Source: Candidatus Dadabacteria bacterium (lineage in GTDB: Bacteria; Desulfobacterota_D; UBA1144; Nemesobacterales; Nemesobacteraceae). From it: 64,000 nucleotides of DNA. The position numbers and the translations under genes were made by a program. The notes below the pieces were generated by a model that was not told the DNA's origin, ran no database searches, and saw nothing but the letters and a program-made list of their open reading frames with translations. Location: assembly GCA_028823955.1 (NCBI GenBank), contig JAPPFE010000016.1, positions 12,497-76,496 on the forward strand, read 5' to 3'. Below are positions 63,855 through 64,000 of the stretch, in pieces. Within the stretch, counting starts at the first letter, position 1. Each line of letters begins with the position of its first letter.

Positions 63855-64000
63855 GATACCCCTTCTCCGTGCTAGCCTAAATCATAAAAACTACTCAATG
63901 CGAGTGGTCTATCAAGCTTAACAACTACCTCGTAATGGCAGTTGCGACTGGATGGTGCAGCGTACAGAGGTGCTTGATTTTTCTAAGTTCTCGCGAATTT

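Noticed and set aside
1-64000. CRISPR arrays and rRNA genes
   Set aside because: No regularly spaced direct repeats and no rRNA-like conserved segments were seen on either strand.

Overview
This 64 kb window looks like bacterial chromosome with a GC content near 50%. I could not assign a taxon from the sequence alone. About 34 kb on the left and about 10 kb on the right are ordinary housekeeping genes: carB (3' part), greA, a TonB-like protein, lspA, ribE, aroK, htrA, mutL, efp, fur, eda, hisD, hisC, lnt, lgt, tolB, rplU, rpmA, alaS, rpoH, uvrA, glyA, nrdR, tatD, pdxA, and two tandem S41 peptidase paralogues.

The centre is different. A tRNA-Asn(GTT) gene at 34346-34421 is followed by a roughly 19 kb block of visibly different composition. 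It opens with an AT-rich gene of unknown function and then becomes GC-rich. I read this block as a tRNA-linked genomic or defence island with no recognisable integrase.

The island carries one tightly coupled same-strand operon. Adjacent genes are joined by ATGA or short start/stop overlaps. In order it encodes:
- an excisionase-family HTH protein;
- a long-form HsdM;
- an HsdS with an unexplained C-terminal extension of about 210 aa;
- HsdR;
- a DUF45/M48-type HExxH metallopeptidase;
- an Mrr-like endonuclease;
- a 1199-aa Swt1-like HEPN + SNF2 helicase fusion;
- a 1011-aa sacsin/Hsp90-like GHKL ATPase ending in a Cys4 HNH/zinc-ribbon-like module.

The last two genes, a translationally coupled HEPN-SNF2/GHKL pair, are the best candidate for a previously undescribed defence module.

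Other points worth a second look:
- a VapC PIN toxin paired with an atypically large upstream partner;
- an outer-membrane beta-barrel gene that appears split by a local inversion bounded by GTTAACCG, with a roughly 130 bp palindromic element inside the inverted segment;
- degenerate winged-helix gene remnants at 14790-15200;
- two small membrane ORFs (52 aa and 42 aa) translationally coupled to neighbours;
- a secreted protein built from three roughly 95-aa repeats;
- a perfect 15 bp hairpin palindrome at 53489-53525;
- a possible degenerate attR at 53606-53618.

I saw no CRISPR array and no rRNA.
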